A stretch of 64,000 nucleotides of DNA, taken from contig JAVZLQ010000001.1 in assembly GCA_038883655.1 (NCBI GenBank), forward strand, positions 192,001-256,000, written 5' to 3'. The position numbers were made by a program, and so were the translations under genes. This DNA comes from Candidatus Bathyarchaeia archaeon. GTDB lineage: Archaea; Thermoproteota; Bathyarchaeia; Bathyarchaeales; Bathycorpusculaceae. This document shows positions 47,598 to 58,096 of this stretch, one piece after another. The notes under the pieces are model-generated. The model saw nothing but the letters and a program-made list of their open reading frames with translations, searched no databases and had not been told where the DNA came from. The number at the start of each line of letters is the position of its first letter. Position 1 is the first letter of the stretch.

Positions 47598-49511
47598 TTA
47601 TGGAATTACTCCTTTCTCTCTAAGTTTATCTGCAACATCCTTCATTTCAAGTTTTACAAGGGTTTCGTATGTTGGTTTGCCAGTTTCTGGATTCCATCCA
47701 TGAAGTAGGTAATATTCATGTAAAAGTCCATCCAATTCTTCTTTTGAGTTCACTAATCCTTTTGCTGGTCCCTTGCTGACTGGCTCATTCATTAATCTCC
47801 AGGGTAGAGTGTCGTCTTTTCTGGTTAGTCCTTCTCGAATATTGAAGCATCTTTCTAAAGTTACGGTGCGCCTTCCAACTAGCATTAGATCGTCACTTTT
47901 AAGTTTGACTCCTGTTACTGCGTAATACATTTCAGCCAAGGTTTCCGGCGTAAGTATATAAGTAGTCGTTGTTGCGAATGAACAAAGACCTAAAACCTCT
48001 GTTAAAGCGAACATATCTTCATGCCATCTCACAATGCTGGCTTTTTTATCTGGTATGTATGGATTTGCGTACTTCACGTCTCCAGTCAATTGTTTCACAA
48101 GCTCTCTAGATTCTGGATATATGCCCATTTCAGCCATTGGTTGCGCGTGAAGATGATCCGGGCCTCTGGGGTTTACAGCGAATGCAAGAGCATAGGCTTT
48201 CGCGCTTCTTGTGTCGACGCGTGATTGTTCTAAACCTCTGGCTTGCACTGCATACTTCCACGAGTCCTTGCCTACAATACTTGATGCTTTGCGTAGGCCT
48301 TCAGCAAGAATGTTTCCAAAACCTTCTCTGTGCACTATTCTCTTAAGTAATTCAATAGTGTTATCCGCATCTCCCCATGTAATGTTTAAGCCATCCACAT
48401 CCTCCCTCGATAAAATCCCTTTTTCAAGACACTCCATAGTCCATTGGATGACAGCAGCAACGCTTAATCCATCCAATCCATAAAGTCCACACAGTATATG
48501 CAAGTGTAATACTGCTTCTGGATTCCCAATTCCGCAACCTGCTCCAAAAGCCGCAAGCGTCTCGTATTCAGGTCCACCTCCATAGCATTGGTACTTACCC
48601 TTATCTACAATTAGGTACTTGTGGCAGTGTATTGGGCATGCAGTGCACGCTTTTCTTTTGCGAATATATTGCTTCTCAACCAGCGTTACGCCATCTATAT
48701 CCGCAGCCTTCTCGAATGAGGGTTCTTTAAAATTGAAACTTGGGAGGGCACCTATCTCGTTTATTGGATCTATCGATCCTGAGGTGCCGTATTTCATGTA
48801 GGTGACCGCTTTAACGCTTTTAGGAATCTTGGAAACAGCGTCTAAAACTAGTTGCCTAAGAAGCTGTGGATCATAAACTTCTATTTTCTCCCTATTCCCG
48901 TGCACAGCCATCGCTTTAAAGTTTTTAGAACCCATAACGGCACCTAATCCACCCCGCGCTGCAAAATGGTATACGGATACACTTATTCCAGCAAACTTAA
49001 CGAGTTTTTCCCCAGCAGGTCCAATGCATGCGACATGGACATCTTTCCCAAGATCTTTTCTTAGAATTATGTTTGTTTCTCTAGTGTCCTTACCCCAGAT
49101 ATGAGATGCATCTTTTATGTCAACGTGATCATTATCTATGTATAAATAAACTGGTCTATCGGCTTTTCCTTTGACTATTATGTAGTTGTATCCGGCAAAT
49201 CTAATTTCAGATGCAAGATGTCCACCAGAATTGGATTTAAAGTAAAGATTTGTTAGCGGACTTTTGCTTGTGACTGTAAGTTGCCCAGCTGTTGGGATGA
49301 AAGTGCCAGCAAAAGGGCCTGTCCCAAATATGATTGGATTATCCTCTCCAAGAGGATCCGTGTTCGCGTCCGTCATGTCGAATAGATAAGCTGCGTTTAC
49401 TCCTCTTCCGCCAATGTAACGATCAAGGTAAGACGTGGGAGTGTCTTCCACTTTTATTTTGCTGGTGCTCAAATCAATGGTTAAGGTTTTGCTAACTGTA
49501 GCCATTACCAT
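47598..49511 (-). CDS. aor: Aldehyde:ferredoxin oxidoreductase (W/Mo)
   Basis: YIGGRG, KSPLT, SNSGG, GPAGE, RGGLGAVMGSKN, CTACPIHC, GPEYET. Confidence 0.92.
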   Translation of the reverse strand: MVMATVSKTLTIDLSTSKIKVEDTPTSYLDRYIGGRGVNAAYLFDMTDANTDPLGEDNPIIFGTGPFAGTFIPTAGQLTVTSKSPLTNLYFKSNSGGHLASEIRFAGYNYIIVKGKADRPVYLYIDNDHVDIKDASHIWGKDTRETNIILRKDLGKDVHVACIGPAGEKLVKFAGISVSVYHFAARGGLGAVMGSKNFKAMAVHGNREKIEVYDPQLLRQLVLDAVSKIPKSVKAVTYMKYGTSGSIDPINEIGALPSFNFKEPSFEKAADIDGVTLVEKQYIRKRKACTACPIHCHKYLIVDKGKYQCYGGGPEYETLAAFGAGCGIGNPEAVLHLHILCGLYGLDGLSVAAVIQWTMECLEKGILSREDVDGLNITWGDADNTIELLKRIVHREGFGNILAEGLRKASSIVGKDSWKYAVQARGLEQSRVDTRSAKAYALAFAVNPRGPDHLHAQPMAEMGIYPESRELVKQLTGDVKYANPYIPDKKASIVRWHEDMFALTEVLGLCSFATTTTYILTPETLAEMYYAVTGVKLKSDDLMLVGRRTVTLERCFNIREGLTRKDDTLPWRLMNEPVSKGPAKGLVNSKEELDGLLHEYYLLHGWNPETGKPTYETLVKLEMKDVADKLREKGVIP

Positions 49512-49519
49512 AAATCATA

Positions 49520-49978
49520 TCACTCTCCAATTTTCTTGAGCATATTTTTAATTTTCACTTTTATTACGTCTCTCGTAGCTTCAAGAAATTGCAAAGCATT
49601 AGCTGTGCAATAATTTATACACTCCGGAGAGCCTTCGCAAAGGTCGCACTTCATTGCCTTCCCATCGTAGCCTGTAAATATGCTATTGTATGGGCATGCT
49701 TTTACACAGTTTCCACAAGCAATGCAAGAATCAGCATCAACTTTAAAGATTGAAACTTTTGGATCGTAGGTTATGGCATTCACTGCGCAAGCGTCTACGC
49801 ATGGATGTTCTCCACATTGTTCACACACATGCGGTGTATAAACACCCAATACTTCATCCTCGGCTATTCTTATTCTAGAATTCAGAGGGTTGAAGGATTT
49901 TTCATGTTTCAGCGAGCAAGCCAACATACAGAGTTTACAACCAGTACATTTTTCTGAGTCCGCAAGAAGAACTTTCAT
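49520..49978 (-). CDS. 4Fe-4S dicluster protein (AOR partner)
   Basis: CTGCKLCMLAC, CEQC..PCVDAC, CIACGNCVKACP, KCDLC. Confidence 0.9.
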   Translation of the reverse strand: MKVLLADSEKCTGCKLCMLACSLKHEKSFNPLNSRIRIAEDEVLGVYTPHVCEQCGEHPCVDACAVNAITYDPKVSIFKVDADSCIACGNCVKACPYNSIFTGYDGKAMKCDLCEGSPECINYCTANALQFLEATRDVIKVKIKNMLKKIGE

Positions 49979-49996
49979 AGATTAGGCTCCTCTCCG

Positions 49997-50281
49997 TTAT
50001 AGTTCTTCGCGTGTTAACTTAAAGGTAACAGTTCTATTTGGGTCTGGACATTGCACGTCATGGAGCAGATTTATCCAGTCCTCTTTAGGTGTTTTTCTGC
50101 ACGCGGCCACAAAGTATAGTCCAAGGGAAGATAAAGCCCACAAACATAGTTTGTCGCTTTTCTCTTTTACTATCTCTGGTTCTTCGAAAACTATTTTGTC
50201 CCCAACTTTGTAATATGGACAATTTCTTACATCTTTCACTGTGGCTATAACACGGTATTTTATAGGAGTTTGTTCGGTCAT
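49997..50281 (-). CDS. TIGR04076-like small Cys protein
   Basis: CPYYKVGDKIV..LCLWAL..QCPDP..VTFKL. Confidence 0.7.
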   Translation of the reverse strand: MTEQTPIKYRVIATVKDVRNCPYYKVGDKIVFEEPEIVKEKSDKLCLWALSSLGLYFVAACRKTPKEDWINLLHDVQCPDPNRTVTFKLTREEL

Positions 50282-50333
50282 AACATCTCACTTTAAACTG
50301 ATAGGTAGTAAGACAAAGAGAATTAAATTTTTC

Positions 50334-50933
50334 TTAGGCTTTCTGTAATTTTAATCGTTCTCCAACGCGAAACGCTTCTATATTTTTATTTAACGTGCCA
50401 TGATAAACGTTATTTTTAATACTCTCGATTAAAGCAGAGCGGTTTACTGGGAACTTTTTTACAGTTGACAAAGCCCCTAACATTATCATGTTCATAACTC
50501 TCTCATCCTCGAGAGAGCGGGCAAGTTGTGTAGCATTCAGTTTTAAAAGCTCACCGCATACTTTTTTAACAGCATCTTCAATTTCAGAAATTTCCGGATA
50601 TTTTTCAGCACCAAGTATAACTGAAACCGGAAGAACTTCGCTAATATTTAGCAACACTATGCCATTTTGGGACAGAAGGTTCATATAACGAAGTGCTTCC
50701 AGTGGCTCGAAACCGACTATTATATCCGCTTGACCAGTGCCTATCAAAGGTGAGTATATATCTTTTCCAATGCGCACAAAAGCCACAACCGACCCGTATC
50801 GCTGTGCAGCCGTAAAGGATTGTCCTACTATTGCTTTATATCCTGAGTGAAGCGCTGCTTCTGCCAATATTCGCGAAAATAATATTATTCCTTGACCGCC
50901 AACCCCAGCCACTACTAGGTTACACTCATCCAT
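50334..50933 (-). CDS. iorB: Indolepyruvate:ferredoxin oxidoreductase beta subunit
   Basis: AGVGGQG, AQRYGSV, EPLEALR, NMIMLG. Confidence 0.9.
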   Translation of the reverse strand: MDECNLVVAGVGGQGIILFSRILAEAALHSGYKAIVGQSFTAAQRYGSVVAFVRIGKDIYSPLIGTGQADIIVGFEPLEALRYMNLLSQNGIVLLNISEVLPVSVILGAEKYPEISEIEDAVKKVCGELLKLNATQLARSLEDERVMNMIMLGALSTVKKFPVNRSALIESIKNNVYHGTLNKNIEAFRVGERLKLQKA

Positions 50934-50936
50934 ATT

Positions 50937-52784
50937 CTACATCTCCTTAAAAATAGCTTTGGATGGGCATACTGCTGCACAAACTCCACAGCCTATACAA
51001 GAGTCGGTTATTTCTATGTTGCCTTCTTTCGTTTTTATGATTGCGGGACAAGACAATTGGCTTATGCAAATGAGGCATTTTTTGCATTTTGATTCATCCA
51101 CCTTAAAACGGCTTATTTCGCCCCTATGTTTCCGTGCATAAGTTAGAGCGCATTCTCGCCTAAAAATCACAACAGCAACTCCATTAAACTCTAGTGCCTC
51201 TGAAAAAGCTTTAAGCGATGAATCAAGGTCATATGGATCCACGATTTTGATGAATTCCACACTGCATCCCCTAACAACATCTTCTATAGCCACTTTTTTC
51301 AACGCGCTTCCCTTGGCATCTAAGCCAACACCTGGATGAGGCTGATGCCCCGTCATTGCCGTTTCCTCGTTATCCAAAATCAACACCTTCACGTTTGCCT
51401 TATTGTAAACAGCATTTATTAGCCCGGGTATCCCGCTGTGCAAGAAAGTGGAATCTCCTATAATCGCTAAAACATAGTCATATGCGGATTGCATTGCAAA
51501 TCCTAAAGCTGTTCCTATACTCGCGCCCATACATAGGCATGTGTCCATCATCTTGAATGGCGGAAACTTGCCGATGGTATAACAGCCGATATCACCCAAA
51601 ATAACATAAGTTTTATCTTTGCATCGCGATAGTGCCTTTTTTATAACATAGTATGTAGCCCTATGTGGACATCCAGCACAGAAAGAAAGAGGTCTAATAG
51701 GTAGGCTTGTCTCAAAAAGACTGGTTATCGCTAATTTTTGGTTTTTGCCAAGAAGCGAAAGTATTGCTGAATGTACTTGGTCGGGGGTCAACTCTCCTTC
51801 TAGGGGTAAGAGTCCATCACTTTTCCCAATGATCTTTGTCGGAATGTTGTACTTTTGGGATATGCTCCTGACAGCCTGTTCGATAAGGGGGTCTAGTTCT
51901 TCAACCACTAACACTTTTCGTTTCTGTTTTAAAAAATCGGCAATCAATTTTTCTGGTAGTGGAAAAGAACCGAATAATTTAAGTACACTCGCATTCCTTT
52001 TAAGTTTCCTCAGCGCGTCAAGAACGTAGGTATACGCTACACCGACCGTTATTATTCCAAGATTACTAGGATTAAAGATAATTTTGTTAAACATCGATTG
52101 TTCAAGTAGTTCTTTCGCTTTTAACTGCTGCTGTTCTAGCCATTTATGTCTGCGTAGAGCTGTGGGGCCTACGCATACCCATCTGTCGACATTTTTATCG
52201 AAAACTGGCTTCACATCTTTCTTTATTACTTCTCCCAAAGTCACAGGGCACGTGGTGTGACTAACCCGCGGGGTTGTCCTTAACATTATTGGAAGCTCTA
52301 GACTTTCAGATAAATTGAAGGCTTCTTTACACATCTCCTTTGCTTCGCTTGGATCGCTTGGTTCTAAAATAGGTATTTTCGCGAGTACTGCATAATATCT
52401 ATTGTCTTGTTCCGTTTGTGAGGTGTGACATTGAGGGTCATCAGCTGAAATTAGGACTAATCCGCCCTTCAAACCAGTGTACGCTAATGTCATGAGTGGA
52501 TCAGCCGCTACGTTTACGCCTACATGCTTCATTACAACAAGAGATCGGACACCACAAAAGGCGGCGCCTATAGCCATTTCCAAAGCAACCTTTTCATTCA
52601 CCGCCCAATTTACGTAAATCTTTAGCTTATCTGCAGCTGGAACTAAAGCTTCCAATATTTCACTGGCGGGCGTACCAGGATAACCGGTCACAAACTTCAC
52701 ATCAGCTTCTATGGCACCTCTTGCTATAGCTTCGTTACCAAGCAATAAGACCGTGTCACCAGGACTTTTTTCGAGGTATACCAT
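50937..52784 (-). CDS. iorA: Indolepyruvate:ferredoxin oxidoreductase alpha subunit
   Basis: GNEAIARG, GYPGTP, KHVGVNVAAD, FCAGCPH, GDIGC, GDSTF, C-terminal ferredoxin. Confidence 0.93.
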   Translation of the reverse strand: MVYLEKSPGDTVLLLGNEAIARGAIEADVKFVTGYPGTPASEILEALVPAADKLKIYVNWAVNEKVALEMAIGAAFCGVRSLVVMKHVGVNVAADPLMTLAYTGLKGGLVLISADDPQCHTSQTEQDNRYYAVLAKIPILEPSDPSEAKEMCKEAFNLSESLELPIMLRTTPRVSHTTCPVTLGEVIKKDVKPVFDKNVDRWVCVGPTALRRHKWLEQQQLKAKELLEQSMFNKIIFNPSNLGIITVGVAYTYVLDALRKLKRNASVLKLFGSFPLPEKLIADFLKQKRKVLVVEELDPLIEQAVRSISQKYNIPTKIIGKSDGLLPLEGELTPDQVHSAILSLLGKNQKLAITSLFETSLPIRPLSFCAGCPHRATYYVIKKALSRCKDKTYVILGDIGCYTIGKFPPFKMMDTCLCMGASIGTALGFAMQSAYDYVLAIIGDSTFLHSGIPGLINAVYNKANVKVLILDNEETAMTGHQPHPGVGLDAKGSALKKVAIEDVVRGCSVEFIKIVDPYDLDSSLKAFSEALEFNGVAVVIFRRECALTYARKHRGEISRFKVDESKCKKCLICISQLSCPAIIKTKEGNIEITDSCIGCGVCAAVCPSKAIFKEM

Positions 52785-52836
52785 AGTTTTATCACCTTTC
52801 AAGAATAACAGTGAATAAAACAACTGATTTAATAAT

Positions 52837-54108
52837 TTATAGGGATGCAATTACGCTGACAGATGAAGGAATCACTGCGATTTTAACGTTTCTTCCAAGT
52901 GTTTTGAAGGCTTCATGGAGCGCATCTTCTGGAGTGTTGAAAGGCTCCATGAACATCCTTCTAACAAGGCTTTTTGGCATGCTTGTTACTGCGAATATTT
53001 TCGCTTTTTGGAGGATGTGATAACAAGTATACCAAAATACGTGAGGGCCAATTTTTAGTCCTTCTTTTTCTACGCGTTCTAAAATATCACGGGGTGAAGA
53101 TGCGTTGTTTATCCACTCCTCCATAAGAGCATCACCTATTCCTTCCTTACATGGCGACGCTAGGATTACTATTCCATTATCTTTTATTAGCGGCCAGAAT
53201 GGATTTACTGCTTTGCTTAATGTTTGATACATGTTAATTCCCGCTGCACCACCACCCGGACTTGTAATAAGAACATCCACGGGTTCTGGAAGGCTTACAT
53301 TAAACATTTTATGTGCAACTTCAACTCCTTTGTACCATGCTTGAAACGGTTCTCCTGCAACGACTCCACACACTTCTTCCTTTGAGTTGTAGATCACGTT
53401 TACAATGAAGTCTAGACCAACTAATTTTGCTGCTTCTTCCATGTCCTGGTGTACTGGATTGTTTTCTAAAATTCCCGGACGAACATTTGGATTTGTTATA
53501 AATTTGGTATGGTTATAGCTTATGGTTTTTCTCGAGGAAACGCCGGGAAGAATTGATTTTCTTCCTCCACTGTATCCCGCTATAATGTGAGGTGATATGC
53601 ATCCAGTAGCTATTTTCAAATCGGCTTCGACAACTGTTTTATTGACATAAATCTCATTGCCAAGCTTTGTTTTACCAACAAATGCAAATTCGCTTTTGTC
53701 ACAATCATGAATAGCGATTTCGATTTCTTCAATAATTCTGCTCTTTATCCTACCCTTTACTTCTTCTTTTGTGGGTGGTGCATGAGAACCAGTAGCTACA
53801 ACCACGGTAATGTCGTTTAGAGACACTCCACTTTTGCATAGTTCGTTAATAATCTCTGGAACTAACACGTTGTCTGGCACATTACGCGTCAAATCGTTTA
53901 TTATTATTACAACTTTTTTGGGATGGCGAAGAGCAACAATGTCTCTTAGGGGTTTAGTTGCAATTGGGTTATTTAACACATTTTTAACTGTTGCTTTTAG
54001 GTTTTTAATTTTTGGTAAATCGGATGGTACCAGTACTTTTAAAAGATTTTCTTTAGGTATTTCAACAATATATTCGCGTTCACCATAAGGAATTCTAACT
54101 TGAAACTT
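52837..54108 (-). CDS. larA: Nickel-pincer-dependent LarA-family racemase/epimerase (start codon unclear)
   Basis: NDLTR, ATGSH, PHIIAGYSGGRKSILPG, YNH; frame open upstream to FQVRIPYG. Confidence 0.8.
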   Translation of the reverse strand, partial: KFQVRIPYGEREYIVEIPKENLLKVLVPSDLPKIKNLKATVKNVLNNPIATKPLRDIVALRHPKKVVIIINDLTRNVPDNVLVPEIINELCKSGVSLNDITVVVATGSHAPPTKEEVKGRIKSRIIEEIEIAIHDCDKSEFAFVGKTKLGNEIYVNKTVVEADLKIATGCISPHIIAGYSGGRKSILPGVSSRKTISYNHTKFITNPNVRPGILENNPVHQDMEEAAKLVGLDFIVNVIYNSKEEVCGVVAGEPFQAWYKGVEVAHKMFNVSLPEPVDVLITSPGGGAAGINMYQTLSKAVNPFWPLIKDNGIVILASPCKEGIGDALMEEWINNASSPRDILERVEKEGLKIGPHVFWYTCYHILQKAKIFAVTSMPKSLVRRMFMEPFNTPEDALHEAFKTLGRNVKIAVIPSSVSVIASL

Positions 54109-54117
54109 TGGTCACCC

Positions 54118-54774
54118 CTATTTTGCGGAAGCCTTTTGTAACCCCATTTTTATAATTCTAGCTGTTTCAGCAACTCTCTTGCCAACTTGCCTAGAAGCTT
54201 CGATGCCCAGGCTATCCGATTTCACAGCATCTAGCTTTAATGATGATTCGCCCATAGTCCATGCCGCTCCGCCTATGTATGATGTTGGAGTAAAACCTGA
54301 AACAACTATCATATCCAACGATAGAAAATAATGGATTATTGCTGCTAGTGCATGTTCAACTCCACCGTGCCTATCAAAGCCGACAGCTATGGCGCCGCCA
54401 ACTTTCCTTGAAAAATCTACGCTTATTGGCATTTCTGGGAAGAACTTTGCTTTAACAAGCCACGTGGTGCGATCCATGAATGCCTTTAGCTGTGCAGACA
54501 CTGTGTGAAAATATACGGGGGTTCCAAGAATTAATCCGTCAGCTTCGGCTATTTTGGGAAATAGATCTTGCATGTCGTCTTTGATGATGCAGTACGTTTT
54601 GTTTCGAACGCAATGGTAACAAGCAAGACAAGGACTGATTTTTTTTCCTCGCAGCGTCTCAAATTCGGTTTTTACATCATCTATTTCTTCTGCTGCTCGT
54701 AAAGCCTCTTGCACGAGTATTTCAGTGTTACCTTTGCGTGGACTGCCGCTCACGCCCAAAATCTTTATCTTCAT
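54118..54774 (-). CDS. Flavodoxin-like / iron-sulfur flavoprotein
   Basis: SGSPRKGNT, PCLACYHC..C..DD, GTPVYF, KAFMDR. Confidence 0.88.
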   Translation of the reverse strand: MKIKILGVSGSPRKGNTEILVQEALRAAEEIDDVKTEFETLRGKKISPCLACYHCVRNKTYCIIKDDMQDLFPKIAEADGLILGTPVYFHTVSAQLKAFMDRTTWLVKAKFFPEMPISVDFSRKVGGAIAVGFDRHGGVEHALAAIIHYFLSLDMIVVSGFTPTSYIGGAAWTMGESSLKLDAVKSDSLGIEASRQVGKRVAETARIIKMGLQKASAK

Positions 54775-54778
54775 TTTA

Positions 54779-56440
54779 TCAACTCCTAAAAAGTATTGCG
54801 CCAGAGTCTGCAGATGACACGTTTCGCGAGTATCTTGCAAGATAACCCTTCAGAATCGACGGGTGAGGAGCCCAACTCTTCAATCGTTTGTCGATTTCTT
54901 CTTTCGGAATTAACAATTCAAGCTTCCTGCCTATGATGTCAATCAAAATTTCATCGCCATCTTTAACTATTGCAATTGGGCCCCTATCAGCCGCTTCTGG
55001 AGATACGTGACCAACGGCCGGGCCTCTTGTAGCTCCAGAAAATCGTCCGTCGGTAACCAACGCTACATGTTCGCCTAATTTCATGTGGCGCAGGGCTTCA
55101 GGAGACATTATCATTTCCCGCATGCCTGGACCGCCCTTTGGGCCTTCGTATCTTATAACTATGACCATTCCCTTCTCTATAACTCCATTGTATATGGCTT
55201 TAACAGCATCTTCTTCTCTGTCAAACACTTTGGCCTTTCCCTTAAACCTGAGCATTGATGGTGGAACCGTGGTGGTTCTAACAATTGCGCCTTTAGGTGC
55301 TAAAGAGCCTTTTAATACAGCTAATCCTCCTTCTTTACTAATTGGATTTTCTATAGATCTTATAACCTCAGTGTTTGCAATAAATGCTCTTTTCAAATTT
55401 TCTCTAAGTGTAGTTCCGGTTGCGGTTAAAACATTTAAATTAAGTTTATTCTTTAGTGCTAGCATAACGCCTGGTATTCCACCAGCATCGTCTAAATCCT
55501 TCATTGTGTATTGCCCCGCAGGCCAGATTTTACAAAGATAAGGGGTCTCTCGGCTTAACTCGTCAAACATTTCCAGCTCAATATTTATGCCGAGTTCATG
55601 CGCTATCGCTGGCAGATGTAAAACCATGTTTGTTGAACCTCCAAGTGAAAGAGAAACTCTTATTGCATTTTCGAAGGCTTTTTTAGTCATTATCTTTGAT
55701 GGAGTAATATCTTTTTCAAGAAGCTTCATTATTTGAATCCCGCTTTCTTTTGCAAGTCTAATCCTTCTTGCATCCACTGCTGGAATTGTTGCACAATAAG
55801 GAAGTGTTATGCCCAAGGCTTCAGCGATGCAACCCATAGTATTGGCTGTATATATGCCTGGACATGAGCCCGGACCTGGAGACGCTCTATTTTCGATGTC
55901 TAGTAATTCCTCTTCTTGTATTTCTCCTCGCTTAAATTTCCCAACAGCTTCTGAAACATGTAAAGCTGTTATTTGAGAACCATGATAACAACCGGCAAGC
56001 ATGGGGCCTCCAGTGACCATTATTGAGGGAATATCTAACCTTGCAATTGCCATCAGCATTCCCGGCACAATTTTATCGCATGAGCCTATAGCTACAACGG
56101 CGTCAAATCTGTGGGCTTGTATCATCAGTTCAACAGAATCTGCTATTACCTCTCTTGTTGGGAGAACATATTTCATTCCTTCGTGTCCCTCAGTTAGTGC
56201 GTCGCAAACAGCTATGGTATTGAATTCTAATGGAGTGCCTCCCGCCATTCTTATTCCGGCTTTTACGGCCTCAGCGACTTTGTCTAAGTGTATGTGTCCT
56301 GGAACTATTTCATTCCACGAATTAGCAACTGCTATTAGAGGTTTTTTAAGCTCTTCGTCCGTAAGTCCAGCAGCTCTTAAAAATGACCTATATGGTGCCC
56401 TCTCGACGCCCTCTATTACTAAAGAGCTTCTTCGTACCAT
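54779..56440 (-). CDS. ilvD: Dihydroxy-acid dehydratase (IlvD/Edd family)
   Basis: VPGHIHL, VCDALTEGH, SCDKIVPG, YEGPKGGPGMREM, TDGRFSG. Confidence 0.92.
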   Translation of the reverse strand: MVRRSSLVIEGVERAPYRSFLRAAGLTDEELKKPLIAVANSWNEIVPGHIHLDKVAEAVKAGIRMAGGTPLEFNTIAVCDALTEGHEGMKYVLPTREVIADSVELMIQAHRFDAVVAIGSCDKIVPGMLMAIARLDIPSIMVTGGPMLAGCYHGSQITALHVSEAVGKFKRGEIQEEELLDIENRASPGPGSCPGIYTANTMGCIAEALGITLPYCATIPAVDARRIRLAKESGIQIMKLLEKDITPSKIMTKKAFENAIRVSLSLGGSTNMVLHLPAIAHELGINIELEMFDELSRETPYLCKIWPAGQYTMKDLDDAGGIPGVMLALKNKLNLNVLTATGTTLRENLKRAFIANTEVIRSIENPISKEGGLAVLKGSLAPKGAIVRTTTVPPSMLRFKGKAKVFDREEDAVKAIYNGVIEKGMVIVIRYEGPKGGPGMREMIMSPEALRHMKLGEHVALVTDGRFSGATRGPAVGHVSPEAADRGPIAIVKDGDEILIDIIGRKLELLIPKEEIDKRLKSWAPHPSILKGYLARYSRNVSSADSGAILFRS

Positions 56441-56472
56441 GTAAAAAAGGGGGGGAGTATTAGATATAAGGT

Positions 56473-58044
56473 TTACTCAGGAGGTAGTTCATAGAAGGTT
56501 TTGTCTATTGGAAGGCCTTTCTTGGTGTTCCAGTGGGCATAGATGAGGAATAGCACTATTGCAGTTCCATAGGTTAAGAGGAAGGCATAAATGGTTTCTA
56601 TTTTGGCTCCAACGATGGCGTTTAGCATGAAGAATCCAAAGAGTATGGCATTGACAATGCCTACAAGTGTAAGAACTGGCAGCGCCCCGATTGTTAATGG
56701 CAGTCCTCTCTCCCATATATGGCGCCTAAGATAGGGTAGCACGATTTCGCACAAGGTCCATTCGAACCTGATGAAGAAGTAAATTGCCAAGAGACTGACT
56801 ACAGCAAGCCACGGGCTGTAGGAGCAAAGTACTATTGCAGCACATCCGAGCAAGAAACAGAAAAGCACACCGTATTTTGGCGAGTGCCATCGTGAAATAC
56901 GTGTGAACCATTCTGGAGCAAAGCGGTCCATGGCCATCGCAAACGCGTTTCTCGTAGTCCAGAAGAACGAAGAAGGCATTCTTCCAAAGTTCGACCAAAC
57001 AACTAAGCCGCCTAAGTAGCCAACCAGCACGGGCGATTGGGGAGCAAGCAACGCTGCAAATGTTGGATAACTAATAGAAAGTCTAGGGCTCTTTGTTAAT
57101 TGGCCACCAAAGCCCTTTAATATTACATAGGAATATTGGGATGCAAAATCTCCATAGGAATAAATGTAGCTCCATGCGGTAAGCGTTGTGACCACGCACA
57201 TGACAGCAGCGCTACCGACCGCTCCGATGAGAAAGCTCTTTTTGGGTTCACTGACTTCTCCAGCTACAGGTATAGCGTTGTAGGGCCACAGCATAGAAAC
57301 TGGTATGAAAAGCGCTTTAAACATAGAATCCCAGCTAAAAACTGCAGGTCGCCACCCATTTGCTTGAGCTACAGTAACCACCTCGTCGTAAGCGCCTGGA
57401 GCCCACACGGCGTCCCATCTATCCCTCAATGTTGCAGCGGGATTCTGAAGCGCCAGTACCCACATCAGAACTAATCCTATTAGAGTCACAATTCCCCAAA
57501 ATGACATCCAACGTGACATAATCCTAGGTCCAAGTAGGTCAAATAAAGCTCCGATAACAGCTAATAGTATGGCCATGCCTACTATGAACATTTGGTTAGT
57601 TGAAAGCGATGACCCCAGTGCAACCATGCCAGAGTCCTTCATTACAACGCCTAAGAGACTTATAAAGCCTGGAATTGTATAAGCAGCAGTATAGTTTCCG
57701 AAGCCTAAGCTAATCGGATTTTGCAGTGTTGCTCGCCAACCTTCCATTACTCCGAAGAATGGACCTAGACTTCTGCCCAAGACGACATAGTCGCCACCTG
57801 AGCGGGGCATGGTCACCATTAGAAAGAACTCGCCGACACCTTCGATGATAAGTATTAGTCCTGCTAAAAAGAACAAAAGCGGTAGATCTACTCCTGGATA
57901 ACTGACTATTAGTTGCGGTGATGTTGCGAGGAAGTACGCTGAAAGGCTTGGTGCTAGTGCAAGGAAAATCACTGTGTAGGGGCTAATGACTCTAACGAGA
58001 CCCGATGTAGTACGTACGAATAGGAGCTCTTCGTCCTTCGACAT
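56473..58044 (-). CDS. APC-family amino acid/polyamine permease
   Basis: FVRTTSGLVR, MPRSGGDYV, AGEV, FAMAMDR; ~12 TM helices. Confidence 0.85.
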   Translation of the reverse strand: MSKDEELLFVRTTSGLVRVISPYTVIFLALAPSLSAYFLATSPQLIVSYPGVDLPLLFFLAGLILIIEGVGEFFLMVTMPRSGGDYVVLGRSLGPFFGVMEGWRATLQNPISLGFGNYTAAYTIPGFISLLGVVMKDSGMVALGSSLSTNQMFIVGMAILLAVIGALFDLLGPRIMSRWMSFWGIVTLIGLVLMWVLALQNPAATLRDRWDAVWAPGAYDEVVTVAQANGWRPAVFSWDSMFKALFIPVSMLWPYNAIPVAGEVSEPKKSFLIGAVGSAAVMCVVTTLTAWSYIYSYGDFASQYSYVILKGFGGQLTKSPRLSISYPTFAALLAPQSPVLVGYLGGLVVWSNFGRMPSSFFWTTRNAFAMAMDRFAPEWFTRISRWHSPKYGVLFCFLLGCAAIVLCSYSPWLAVVSLLAIYFFIRFEWTLCEIVLPYLRRHIWERGLPLTIGALPVLTLVGIVNAILFGFFMLNAIVGAKIETIYAFLLTYGTAIVLFLIYAHWNTKKGLPIDKTFYELPPE

Positions 58045-58096
58045 CCTCTCACCGACAAGGCTTTTATTTCGTATACGTAGTTATATAACTTTTATT

